Under the pieces are notes generated by a model, which was given only the letters and a program-made list of their open reading frames with translations, had not been told where the DNA came from and made no database searches. From Promethearchaeota archaeon (GTDB taxonomy: Archaea; Asgardarchaeota; Lokiarchaeia; Sigyniarchaeales; SOKP01), in contig JBHLOY010000010.1 of NCBI GenBank assembly GCA_048939995.1, forward strand, positions 32,001 through 96,000: a stretch of 64,000 nt of DNA, in the 5' to 3' direction. Shown here one piece after another: positions 28,835 through 38,759 of the stretch. Numbering within the stretch: position 1 is the stretch's first letter; the number at the start of each line of letters is the position of its first letter. The position numbers were made by a program, and so were the translations under genes.

Positions 28835-29776
28835 TTATTCTTCATCCTTATAAATGATTAATTCAAGCATATTAATTAACGAATCAAAAGTATCTTCAAA
28901 AAAGTAATATCCTTTTTTAAGTAAAATAAGATACCAAGAAGAAGGAACCTTTTTTAATGAGAATCTCTTGAAGACAAAATAATAATTTGCTCTTTGAACA
29001 ATTATCTGTTCTTTAGGATCCTCTCCTAAATGATCTTTAAATTCGTTATCAAGTATAAAGAAATATGGCAAAACTCTTTCAATAAGCCTTTCAGATTTTT
29101 CATCTTTAAAATAGGAACCAAGAATAATTGAATTTTCGTCCAGGATTACCATACTATTACAATTTATCTTAAGACAAAATTCACTGATTGTTTTTGTAAT
29201 TAATTGAGCTTTTGGATACAAATTTAATAGAATTTCAGATATTGTAAATAATATCGATGGTAAATCATATACTGAGGTTGTATAAAAAGATAATTTATCA
29301 TATTGAATCTCTCTTTTAATTTTCTTTTCTAAATTACTAATCAATTCATCCCAATTTTTTCTAATACCTTCGGAAAGATTAGGATCATATTTATGAAAAA
29401 GAATATTTATAGGAGGGGAAAGTTTCAATTTATAAAATTGAGTGATAACGTCATTTAAATAGCTTATTGCTTCTGGAATTCTTAGCATATTTTGAATATC
29501 TATTACAAAAACGGCAATATCTGTATTATCAAAATACTTATCTGGGTTCTTTAAATAAGAAATTCGGTAAGATTTTTGACCTCCCAAGTCCCATTCACTA
29601 ATTTCAATATTTAGGAAATCAAATATCCTTCTCTGTGCTCCTTTTGTTGGTGAGACTACAGCAATTTTGGAAAATTCTTTCTTCAATGCGAGAATTATTG
29701 ATGTTTTTCCTGCTGTGTCTAATCCGGTAAATAGAATTTTTCTAGCTTGATTAATATCTTCTTTTAAATATTCCAT
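28835..29776 (-). CDS. Arf/Rag-like small GTPase with C-terminal roadblock/longin-like domain
   Basis: GLDTAGKTS, PTKG, WDLGGQ, HKYD (Rag-type G4), TSVYD; about 125-aa C-terminal domain. Confidence 0.85.
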   Translation of the reverse strand: MEYLKEDINQARKILFTGLDTAGKTSIILALKKEFSKIAVVSPTKGAQRRIFDFLNIEISEWDLGGQKSYRISYLKNPDKYFDNTDIAVFVIDIQNMLRIPEAISYLNDVITQFYKLKLSPPINILFHKYDPNLSEGIRKNWDELISNLEKKIKREIQYDKLSFYTTSVYDLPSILFTISEILLNLYPKAQLITKTISEFCLKINCNSMVILDENSIILGSYFKDEKSERLIERVLPYFFILDNEFKDHLGEDPKEQIIVQRANYYFVFKRFSLKKVPSSWYLILLKKGYYFFEDTFDSLINMLELIIYKDEE

Positions 29777-29897
29777 ATCTCCTCTAAATTAAATATACAA
29801 AAATCCACAAATAAAAATTATTATATTAGAGTGATAATATTGAATTGAAACTAAAAATTTTCAATCATTCTAATTATATTTGGATGAAAATTACTAG

Positions 29898-32297
29898 TTA
29901 AATTTTGACTTCTAAGCGATCTATTATATCATTTTGAATTGGAGCACCTAAATCTATAAAAGTTGCATTATAACCTCCAACTTTCACAATTAAATCGGGA
30001 TATTTCTCAGGATGAGTCTGAGCGTCTTTAAGGGTATCTGTTGATACTACATTTGGCTGAATTTGCATTCCTCCTGAATTGAAATATGTTTTTAGAAGAT
30101 TGTAGAATTTTTCAATGTTTTCCTCATTAGATAAATTCTGTGGATGGATTCTTATATTTACAGCAACTCCATTAGTTGCTTTTTCATAATTTAGCTTAGC
30201 AATTGAGTTTAAAATCGCAGTGATTCCATTTTTTTCTACTCGATTTACAGGAGATAAACTATTTGAAATTGCCTCCATTGCTTTTCTTCCATCTGCAGTT
30301 GGCTGAGTAAACAATCCTTCCATTACATGAATCCCCATAGAATACGCTCCAGCACTATATCTGCCGCCCCTTAAAGGTTTATATTTTGCCACTTCCGAAG
30401 TAAAAAGATTCCATAACTTCAAAGCTAAATCATCAATTTCATCTCTGTCATTTCCCCATTTTTTATACTTGTTGATTAACTTCTGACGTAATTCTTCTTG
30501 TCCATTGAAATTAGAGTTTAAAATTTTTACTAATTCGGGCAGTTGGATTAAATGTTCATCATAAACTACCTTTTTTATATTAAATAAGGAATCAACTAAA
30601 GTAGCGAATCCATAGGCTGTGATTGAAGAAAAATTATATTTTGCCCCTCCACACACATAATCCTTTCCATTTTCTATACATCCCTCTAAAGTAGCTGAAA
30701 TGAATGGATGTTGCATATATTTCATTGCTTCAATATCTCCAACTTCCGCTATCTTTACACAATGTTCAAGGTTATATTGTAACTGTCTGATAAAGGCAGA
30801 ATATAGCTCTTCAAAGCTTGAAAAATGTGATATATCTCCAGTTTGTAGACCTGCGATGGATTTTGACATATGATTATAACCATTGTTTAAAGTCAATTCC
30901 AGCACACCAGGTAAATTTATAAACATACGAGCAGTAGCAGCAAAGCTATTTCCTTGACCCGTTGGTTCTACACACCCTATTAATGCATAATCAGAAGCAT
31001 CTTCTGCAGAATAACTGGCTTTCATCAAGGCAGGGATAATGATTTCATCATTATAGAATGCTATTCCAGAAGTAGAGCTTAACACTCTTAATGCTTCTTT
31101 AAAAAATTCCTTTGGAGTGTTCTTATGGATTCTAATGGATAAATCAGTCGTGAATAACTTTACATTTTTATAAGCTTCAAGAAAAAGATAAGAAATTTCA
31201 TTTGTCATATCATTCCTATCTTTATTCATTCCAGAGATTGTAATCGTCTGAGTATTTTGACCTAGGGCATTAGCCACCATCGTGAAATCAGTTGGTAAGA
31301 GGGTAACGTTCCACGTAAGCTTCAGATTTAATTCTTCTATTAATTCCAATGCAAATTCTCGAGTTATTCTACCTGATTCAATATCTTTTTCATAATAGGG
31401 CCATAGAATCTGGTCCAACCGTCCTAAAGCAAGAACACTTCTTTGATAAATAATGTTTGCAATGTTCTGGGTGAACCAAATAAATTGTACGGCTTCATAG
31501 AAGGATCCTGGAGCTTCAGTACAAAATTTATACATCATACTTCCAATCAAGTTCAGTTCTTCCTTACGAGTGTCATTAATTTCTCTCTTAGCCATGGAAA
31601 AAGCCAAATCTGAGAACCTCTGGCTAAAATTGATAGCTGCATTATAATATATTTTCACAGCTTCATAAAAATCAAACTTCTCTTGAAATTTCTTATTATT
31701 GGTATTTAATTGTTTTTGGTAAGTCTCGGCTTCCTTTATAATCCCTTTATACCCCAATTTTAACAATTTTTCATAACCTGCGCATAAATGGCCTTCTGTA
31801 GCTCCTACTTGTATAGCGATATTAGGAACTAAAGAAGAAACTAGTCCTGTTCCACTTATCAAACCTTCTTCAAGTAATCTTTTACTAATTCTACCATCTA
31901 TTAGATCCTTATCTTTCCAGAAAGGAATTAACTCCAATAAATTATTTATATCATCTTCTTCAATAAAAAATGGTTGAAGCTTTCTTCTTGCTAACTTTTT
32001 ATAGGTAATCTTTTTTTCTAGGCTATTATCATACCTTTGCAAGTCCAAATTAATCTTTTCCCCTAAATTTTTGCTGGTTTCGTTTCCAACAAGTAATTCA
32101 TTGTCTCTAATGAAAATAGTCATATTCTTTAATGTATGAGATACAGCTTTTGCCCTTTTCATAATTTCAGAATCATTTGGGTACTTTTTATAAATTTCAG
32201 TAAAAAATTTCATGCGTTCAATGCATAACTCGTACTTACTTGACAATAGATTCCTTTTTAAATTAAGAATTCGTTTAGAATCAATCAAATTCTTCAA
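29898..32297 (-). CDS. Glycyl radical enzyme (PFL family), substrate unknown
   Basis: GRLDQ, IGCVEP Cys loop, WGND, DLIVKVGGY Gly loop. Confidence 0.92.
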   Translation of the reverse strand: MKNLIDSKRILNLKRNLLSSKYELCIERMKFFTEIYKKYPNDSEIMKRAKAVSHTLKNMTIFIRDNELLVGNETSKNLGEKINLDLQRYDNSLEKKITYKKLARRKLQPFFIEEDDINNLLELIPFWKDKDLIDGRISKRLLEEGLISGTGLVSSLVPNIAIQVGATEGHLCAGYEKLLKLGYKGIIKEAETYQKQLNTNNKKFQEKFDFYEAVKIYYNAAINFSQRFSDLAFSMAKREINDTRKEELNLIGSMMYKFCTEAPGSFYEAVQFIWFTQNIANIIYQRSVLALGRLDQILWPYYEKDIESGRITREFALELIEELNLKLTWNVTLLPTDFTMVANALGQNTQTITISGMNKDRNDMTNEISYLFLEAYKNVKLFTTDLSIRIHKNTPKEFFKEALRVLSSTSGIAFYNDEIIIPALMKASYSAEDASDYALIGCVEPTGQGNSFAATARMFINLPGVLELTLNNGYNHMSKSIAGLQTGDISHFSSFEELYSAFIRQLQYNLEHCVKIAEVGDIEAMKYMQHPFISATLEGCIENGKDYVCGGAKYNFSSITAYGFATLVDSLFNIKKVVYDEHLIQLPELVKILNSNFNGQEELRQKLINKYKKWGNDRDEIDDLALKLWNLFTSEVAKYKPLRGGRYSAGAYSMGIHVMEGLFTQPTADGRKAMEAISNSLSPVNRVEKNGITAILNSIAKLNYEKATNGVAVNIRIHPQNLSNEENIEKFYNLLKTYFNSGGMQIQPNVVSTDTLKDAQTHPEKYPDLIVKVGGYNATFIDLGAPIQNDIIDRLEVKI

Positions 32298-32406
32298 TTT
32301 TAAAGTCTCTCGAAAATGTTGTTAGATAGGTGAATTATATCTTAATATCATAAAAAGTTTAAAATTTTAAAAGATAATTCAAATTATTAAAAAAAAAAAA
32401 AAGGAG

Positions 32407-32949
32407 TTAAAAATTAATAAGTTTAATTACGTCGTTTCCTTTGAAATTGATGCCATCAACGAATTTGCCAGTAATGGAAATCTCAACAAACTCAGTAGGT
32501 TCCAAAAGCAAGATATTTATAACTGAAGCACGGTCAAATTTAATTTTTAAACAATCAAAATTGTCATAATTCCCAGTCTCTAAAGTCACTTTAATAGGGC
32601 TTAATTCTCCATTAAAACGAATTGAACCAAAATTAACTGTAGTAATATCTTTTTTATTTGAAAAATGAATCCTCACTGTAACCCATCTACCTTTGCTTTT
32701 ACAGTTTAAGGTATCAGGATCAAAATCTACACACCCTTCTATAGTATCCTTCTTCTTTTTATTTGGATCCTCCTTATTGGGTATTTCATTCGAATTAAAT
32801 GATTTATCTTGTGGAACCTCCCCCTGAATAGATTGTAATGATAATGATAAAGGTGTTATAGTCACACCTAATCCAATAACGATTATTATTAACCCTGTTA
32901 AATACTTTTTCATCGTCCTACATATAAGTATAATTCCTTCATAATACAA
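32407..32949 (-). CDS. Secreted/membrane-anchored hypothetical protein
   Basis: Signal/TM segment; DFDPDTLNCKSKGRWVTV...KFDR..V..LL motif. Confidence 0.7.
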   Translation of the reverse strand: MYYEGIILICRTMKKYLTGLIIIVIGLGVTITPLSLSLQSIQGEVPQDKSFNSNEIPNKEDPNKKKKDTIEGCVDFDPDTLNCKSKGRWVTVRIHFSNKKDITTVNFGSIRFNGELSPIKVTLETGNYDNFDCLKIKFDRASVINILLLEPTEFVEISITGKFVDGINFKGNDVIKLINF

Positions 32950-33226
32950 TGAAAAATACGCCTTTTTAAATCTTTGCGAAATTTAGCCTTATTTTTGTCA
33001 TTTAATTCCCTTGAAAGAATTGAAATTACAATCCGGCAGAATTAATTAGACTTTTCAATCTATTCCCATGAAAAATGAGAAAATTAAAAATACTCTTAAA
33101 TATTCCCACTAGCATAATTAGGAATACCAATTAAAACAAAGAATATGAATAAATGAAAATAGTGTATCTTTTTTTCTGTTTCAATATTAAATTAATACAA
33201 ATACTAAAATCAAAATCTTAGGAAAA

Positions 33227-34081
33227 ATGAATTTTGAGACAATTAATTTTGAAATAAAGGATAATGGAATAGGTCTATTAACTCTTAATAGACCAGAAAA
33301 ATTAAATGCAATGTCATTTCAGATGATTGAGGATTTGCATAAATTATTTGATCATTTGATGATAAATCTAAACTGCAGAGTTGTCATTTTAAAAGCAGAA
33401 GGAAGAGTCTTCTGTGCTGGTTTAGATCTAAAAGAATCCACGGTTTTACAATCAAAAAAGAAACCTCAAGAGCTAAAAGAGAAATTCTTCTTTATAGACG
33501 TTCCCGAAAAGGATACGATTAAGGCGAAAATGTATGCACAATGGTATACAAGTCAAGTTATCGTAAAGATGAGAAAAATCTCACAGCCCATAATAGCTAT
33601 AATTAATGGACCAGCATCTGGGGCAGGGTTTGCGTTCGCATTAGCCGCAGATATCAGAATAGCAAGTAAAAATGCGCGATTTAATAATGCTTTTATTAAT
33701 ATTGGTTTTTCAGGGTCAGACTTAGCCTCTAGTTATCATCTCCCGAGGCTTATTGGGATGTCTAGAGCTGCTGAAATACTTTATACAGGTCGTTTTGTTG
33801 ATGCTAATGAGGCAGAGAATATTGGATTAGTATTAAAAGTAGTAGATGATGATGAATTGTTACCTGCTGCCACCGAATTGGCAGAGGAACTACTCAGAAA
33901 AAGTCCTTTAGGGTTACGAATGACTAAACAAGCAGTGAATTTTTCACTTGATTCACCAAGCTTAGAGACGATAATTCAACTAGAAAATCGAACTCAGATG
34001 CTTTGTTCTACTTCTAATGATATATTGGAAGGAGTTCAATCTTTTTTTGAGAAAAGAGCTCCAAAATATCCCTTAAAGTAA
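33227..34081 (+). CDS. Enoyl-CoA hydratase/isomerase (crotonase) family
   Basis: LNRPEKLNA, FCAGLDL, GAGFAFALAADIR, LPRLIG. Confidence 0.95.
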   Translation: MNFETINFEIKDNGIGLLTLNRPEKLNAMSFQMIEDLHKLFDHLMINLNCRVVILKAEGRVFCAGLDLKESTVLQSKKKPQELKEKFFFIDVPEKDTIKAKMYAQWYTSQVIVKMRKISQPIIAIINGPASGAGFAFALAADIRIASKNARFNNAFINIGFSGSDLASSYHLPRLIGMSRAAEILYTGRFVDANEAENIGLVLKVVDDDELLPAATELAEELLRKSPLGLRMTKQAVNFSLDSPSLETIIQLENRTQMLCSTSNDILEGVQSFFEKRAPKYPLK

Positions 34082-34105
34082 ATAATATGTATAAAGTGCT
34101 ATAAA

Positions 34106-34951
34106 ATGGAATTTAAGACTATTAAGTTTGAATTGACGGAAAATGGAATAGGAATAGTTAGTTTGAATAGACCAGAAAAATTAAACGCAATTTCCTTTCA
34201 AATGGAGGAAGAATTACATGAAGTATTAGATATGCTTACAGTTAATTTAAGTTGTCGTATCCTTATTTTTAAAGGGGAAGGAAGAGCTTTTTGTGCCGGT
34301 ACAGATTTACAAGAAGGATTAATTCTTAACTCTAAAAAAAATCCTCCTGGATACGATTCATTTGACTATTTGAAAGTTTCTGAACCAATAAAGAGAAAAT
34401 TGTATCACCAGTGGAGAATTAGTCAGATCTATGTGAAGATGAGAAAGATCAGCCAACCAATAATTGCAGTCATCCATGGTGCAGCAGCGGGAGGGGGTTT
34501 TGGGTTTGCAATGGCTTCTGATATAAGAGTTGCTAGTAAAGATGTAAAATTTATTAACGCTTCTATTAACATTGGCTTAACTGGGGCTGATACAGGAGGT
34601 AGTTATTTTCTCCCTCGTTTAATTGGTATGTCAAAAGCAGCAGAGATTCTTTATACTGGTAGATCTATTGGTGGAGCTGAAGCCGAAAAAATTGGACTTG
34701 TTTTAAAATCAGTAGAGAACAGTGATCTAATGCCTACAGCATTAGCAATTGCTGAAGAAATGTTAAAAAAAAGTCCTTTAGGCCTAAGAATGACTAAACA
34801 AGCAATTAATTTATCTATGGATTCTCCAAGTTTAGAAAATATTTTACAGCTTGAAAACAGTTCAATTGTGCTTGCATTTAGTTCAAAAGACATAAATGAA
34901 GCTTCGAGTGCTTTTTTCGAAAAAAGAAATCCAAAATATGATTTGTTATAA
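34106..34951 (+). CDS. Enoyl-CoA hydratase/isomerase, tandem paralogue
   Basis: LNRPEKLNA, FCAGTDL, GGGFGFAMASDIR, LPRLIG. Confidence 0.95.
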   Translation: MEFKTIKFELTENGIGIVSLNRPEKLNAISFQMEEELHEVLDMLTVNLSCRILIFKGEGRAFCAGTDLQEGLILNSKKNPPGYDSFDYLKVSEPIKRKLYHQWRISQIYVKMRKISQPIIAVIHGAAAGGGFGFAMASDIRVASKDVKFINASINIGLTGADTGGSYFLPRLIGMSKAAEILYTGRSIGGAEAEKIGLVLKSVENSDLMPTALAIAEEMLKKSPLGLRMTKQAINLSMDSPSLENILQLENSSIVLAFSSKDINEASSAFFEKRNPKYDLL

Positions 34952-34984
34952 TAAGAAAAAAAATAAAAGTGAAGATATAGGATT

Positions 34985-35500
34985 CTATCTGATTTGAACT
35001 TTTGGAGTAATTTTAGAAGCGCCACCAAAATTGGTTATAACTGGGCAATGTGTAAATACTTTATCCATTAACTCGTTTATCTTTTCTTCTGAAGCATCAG
35101 CCTTAATTCTAATCACAGGTTCTAATTGATCATAACCAGCGAGTTTACTATCATCAATCCCGAAAATTGCTCCAAGATTTATATGACCACGAGAAAAAAC
35201 TTTCATTTCTTGAATATTTATATTCATTATCTTTGCCCAAAATCTAGTTACTGCTATAATACAAGCCCCAATAGATGATAGAATCACTAATAGCGGAGAG
35301 GGCCCTTCATTTGTGCCACCTAAACCTCCAGGAGCATCAATCAATAGCTCAAAGGGCTCTCCACCTGGATTGCCCATCTTACAATTAACTTGCATCCCAT
35401 CGGATAGCATTTCACATTCAATATTAAAGTTTTTCTCTCCAGCATCCCAATTAGCCTTAATGGCTTCATAAGTTTCTTCAAAACTTGGCATTTTATTCAC
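34985..35500 (-). CDS. OsmC/Ohr-family protein
   Basis: DAPGGLGGTNEGPSP, GAC, HCPV. Confidence 0.88.
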   Translation of the reverse strand: MNKMPSFEETYEAIKANWDAGEKNFNIECEMLSDGMQVNCKMGNPGGEPFELLIDAPGGLGGTNEGPSPLLVILSSIGACIIAVTRFWAKIMNINIQEMKVFSRGHINLGAIFGIDDSKLAGYDQLEPVIRIKADASEEKINELMDKVFTHCPVITNFGGASKITPKVQIR

Positions 35501-35531
35501 TTAGTTTATTTTAAATTTAATTATTATTATT

Positions 35532-35545
35532 CGAATATTTATTCA
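35532..35545. promoter_or_regulatory. Putative operator CGAAT-N4-ATTCA upstream of the OsmC gene
   Basis: CGAATATTTATTCA. Confidence 0.45.
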
Positions 35546-35563
35546 AAATATGTATAAATTAAA

Positions 35564-36181
35564 ATGGAATTTGATTTAAAAGTGTCGATTTTGAGAAAAA
35601 AATTCATAATTTTTGTTATTTTAAATTATGTAATTAAAAAAAATGAGATGAATTTGAAAATGGAAGATAAAAAAATCTCTGAATCTCAGGTTGAAATAGC
35701 CCAAATAATGTATCCTGAGCATGCTAATCCCTCAGGAAATGTCCATGGTGGGCATATATTAAAATTAGTCGATCAAGCAGCAGCTATTGTAGCAACAAGA
35801 CATACACACCTCAACTGTGTGACTGCAAGTGTTGATAGAATGGATTTTATAAGTCCAGTATATGTTGGCAATTTAGTAATGGTTAAAGCATCATTAAATT
35901 ATGTATCGAGGACTTCTATGGAGATTGGAGTAAGAATTGAAGCTGAATGCTTAAGGACCGGAACCCATACTCATGTGGGCTCAGCATATCTAACTTTTGT
36001 AGCTCTTGATGATGAAGATAGACCCACAAAAGTACCGGGGTTAGCTTTAGAGACAGATGATGAGAAAAAAAGGTATAAAGAAGCAGAAGAAAGAAGAACT
36101 AAAAGAATGAAACAAGTTAAAGCCCATCAACATCGACAGCAACCTTGTATTGTAAGAGTTGACAGGTTAAATTCTAAATAA
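35564..36181 (+). CDS. Acyl-CoA thioesterase (hotdog fold, YciA-like)
   Basis: PEHANPSGNVHGG, VTASVD, TFVALD. True start is probably ATG at about 35660 (MEDKK). Confidence 0.92.
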   Translation: MEFDLKVSILRKKFIIFVILNYVIKKNEMNLKMEDKKISESQVEIAQIMYPEHANPSGNVHGGHILKLVDQAAAIVATRHTHLNCVTASVDRMDFISPVYVGNLVMVKASLNYVSRTSMEIGVRIEAECLRTGTHTHVGSAYLTFVALDDEDRPTKVPGLALETDDEKKRYKEAEERRTKRMKQVKAHQHRQQPCIVRVDRLNSK

Positions 36182-36258
36182 TCTTTTATTAATATTTCTT
36201 AGTTAAGTCTATAAGTTTTTATAAAAGAACATATGATGATATTTTAAAGGTAAAAGTA

Positions 36259-37614
36259 ATGGAAAGTGGAAAAAAAATCCCTAAATTAAAGCGTAAAATC
36301 TCTTTATTTGGCCTCACTGCTTACGGTGTGGGTAATGTATTAGGAGCAGGAATTTATGCTCTAATTGGAGAAGTTGTAGGTATTACTGGAAATCTAAGTT
36401 GGTTAGCATTTATTTTAGCCGCAATCACAGGAGCATTTACAGGTTTATCATATGCTGAACTTTCAGCAATGTATCCAAAAAGCGCCGCAGAGTTTGTTTA
36501 TACAGAGCAAGCGTTTAATAGAAGAATTTTATCCTTTATATTAGGGTGGATAATAATTTTCTCAGGTATTCTCTCCGCTTCTACAGTCGCATTAGGTTTT
36601 GCTGGGTATATATCAGATATATTAGGAATAGATATTAGTACAATGAAAATAATATTCGCGATTTATTTAATTCTAATTCTTAGCGTAATTAATTTCATTG
36701 GCATAAAAACTTCAACGCGAATGAATATTATCTTCACAATAATTGAAGCTTCTGGTTTAATCTTCATCATAGTAATTGGGATTCCTCATATTGGATCAGT
36801 TAATTACTTTGAAATGCCCACACTCAATTCCTTTGAAGCGATATTTTCCGCAGTAGCTTTAATCTTTTTTGCTTATATTGGTTTTGAGGATATAGCAAAT
36901 GTAGCTGAAGAGGTAAAAGAACCTCAAAGAAAGCTACCAAAAGCGATAGTTATTTCAATACTTATAACCACAATATTATATTGTTTAACAGCGATTTCAG
37001 TCGTCAGCATTTTACCATATTCTACAATAGCGGCTTCAGATGCTCCCTTAAGGGAAGTTGCTAATGAAGTCTTAGGTCCTATAGGGGCAAATGTTATAAG
37101 CTTAATTGCTTTATTTGCTACTGCTAATACTGTTCTGATAATGTTAATTGTTACTTCTAGAATGATCTATGGAATGGCGAGGGATAAAGCGTTGCCAGAA
37201 GAATTAAGTAAAATTTCTCCAAAGAATAGGATTCCAATATCAGCTGCTTTATTCACAATGATTTTCACAATTATTTCAGTTTTATTCGGTGATATTACTA
37301 TAGTAGCAAATGCTACAGTTTTCGGTGTTTTAATAACCTTCTTCCTTGTAAATATTAGTTTGATCGCATTAAGAAAAAATAAACCAGAATTAGAAAGACC
37401 CTTCAAATTGAAACCTTCAATTGGATGGGTCCCGATAATTGCATTGCTTGGATCTATCGTTTGTGCAGCCTTGCTATTTACTTTTGAATGGTATATATAT
37501 ATAATTCAAATAATCATTATAGGAATAGGTATAATTCTGTTTTATGTAATGAGATCGAAAATCGAAACTAAAGCTTTATCAAAAATTCAGCGAGATAAAG
37601 AGATAAAGAATTAA
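36259..37614 (+). CDS. APC-family amino acid permease
   Basis: GAGIY, YAEL, FFAYIGFE..AEE, SRMIYGMARD. Confidence 0.93.
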   Translation: MESGKKIPKLKRKISLFGLTAYGVGNVLGAGIYALIGEVVGITGNLSWLAFILAAITGAFTGLSYAELSAMYPKSAAEFVYTEQAFNRRILSFILGWIIIFSGILSASTVALGFAGYISDILGIDISTMKIIFAIYLILILSVINFIGIKTSTRMNIIFTIIEASGLIFIIVIGIPHIGSVNYFEMPTLNSFEAIFSAVALIFFAYIGFEDIANVAEEVKEPQRKLPKAIVISILITTILYCLTAISVVSILPYSTIAASDAPLREVANEVLGPIGANVISLIALFATANTVLIMLIVTSRMIYGMARDKALPEELSKISPKNRIPISAALFTMIFTIISVLFGDITIVANATVFGVLITFFLVNISLIALRKNKPELERPFKLKPSIGWVPIIALLGSIVCAALLFTFEWYIYIIQIIIIGIGIILFYVMRSKIETKALSKIQRDKEIKN

Positions 37615-38759
37615 TCTTTTCCAATCATTTCTAATAGAAACTCTGTTATATATCTAATTTTTTTATTACCTTGAGTTTTATAATTAACGTATCGATAATT
37701 GAACACGCATAGTGGACAAGAAGTGATAATTTCCTCATTTTGAGCTTGATCAAGGATACTTTTTCCTATTTGTATTGAAATATTGCTATCAACTCCTCTG
37801 ATACCTGAACCCGCTCCACAGCAGGGAGTTAAATCTTGATTATTATTTAATTCATTTACTTTGACTAAAGTCTGAGTTAATAATTCACGGGGTTCATCAT
37901 AAATTTTAAGATTGTTAAGTTTTCTACCAAGGCGACAAGGATCATGATATGTGATCTCTTTATCTGACTTATTAAATTTGATTTTGCCATCTTGAAAAAG
38001 CTTATAAATTATTTGAATTACATGGTTTACGTTTATATCCCAATCCTCGATATATTTAGGATAAACGTTGTTAAAGGCATATAAACATCCACCACAGGTA
38101 GTTATTATATTCTTAATTCCAATTTTCTTGAAACGAGTATAATTATCATTAAATATTTGTTTTGCGAGATTTAAATTTCCAGCAGAATAAACATATTCTC
38201 CACAACATGGTTCTTTTTCCAATATTTTAAAATCATATCCTCCTTTTTTCAAAATTTCGTAGGACGCGCTCGCACTCTCTTTAACACGAAAAGAAGACAT
38301 ACAACCCAAAAATAGTAAGGTATCAGTCTTGTTTTCTTCGAATTTCTCTTTTGCAATATAATTTGCTGGAATCCAATTTAATCTTTCCTTAGGATTTCCT
38401 TTAACACTATTATCGTTCTCAATGATTCCTTTAATGATCTCATTATGAATTTCTAATGGAGCTTTATTTAATTCAACTAGTTTAATTTTCGCATAATGAA
38501 TAATATCAGCAATTGGGATGTTATTATCGCAAGCAAGATTACATAACCCACATAGAGTACAGGTATATAATGCTATAAGTTCTTGATCTGAAATATCTGC
38601 ATTCTGAAATACTTTTTCAGCTACTTTTAATCTTCCTTGTGGGGATTTTAAGGGATCCTGAGTCACTTGATAAGTATCGCATTTTTCAAAGCACTCTAAA
38701 CAATCAGTACAAGATTGAATCTGTTCAAGTAATTTCTTTTTGTTCATATTTATTACCAA
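37611..38759 (-). CDS. HdrD/GlcF-like Fe-S oxidoreductase (ferredoxin + CCG domains)
   Basis: CTDCLEC, CTLCGLC, EPCCG, YHDPC, CCGAG, SCPLC. Confidence 0.9.
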   Translation of the reverse strand: MVINMNKKKLLEQIQSCTDCLECFEKCDTYQVTQDPLKSPQGRLKVAEKVFQNADISDQELIALYTCTLCGLCNLACDNNIPIADIIHYAKIKLVELNKAPLEIHNEIIKGIIENDNSVKGNPKERLNWIPANYIAKEKFEENKTDTLLFLGCMSSFRVKESASASYEILKKGGYDFKILEKEPCCGEYVYSAGNLNLAKQIFNDNYTRFKKIGIKNIITTCGGCLYAFNNVYPKYIEDWDINVNHVIQIIYKLFQDGKIKFNKSDKEITYHDPCRLGRKLNNLKIYDEPRELLTQTLVKVNELNNNQDLTPCCGAGSGIRGVDSNISIQIGKSILDQAQNEEIITSCPLCVFNYRYVNYKTQGNKKIRYITEFLLEMIGKD

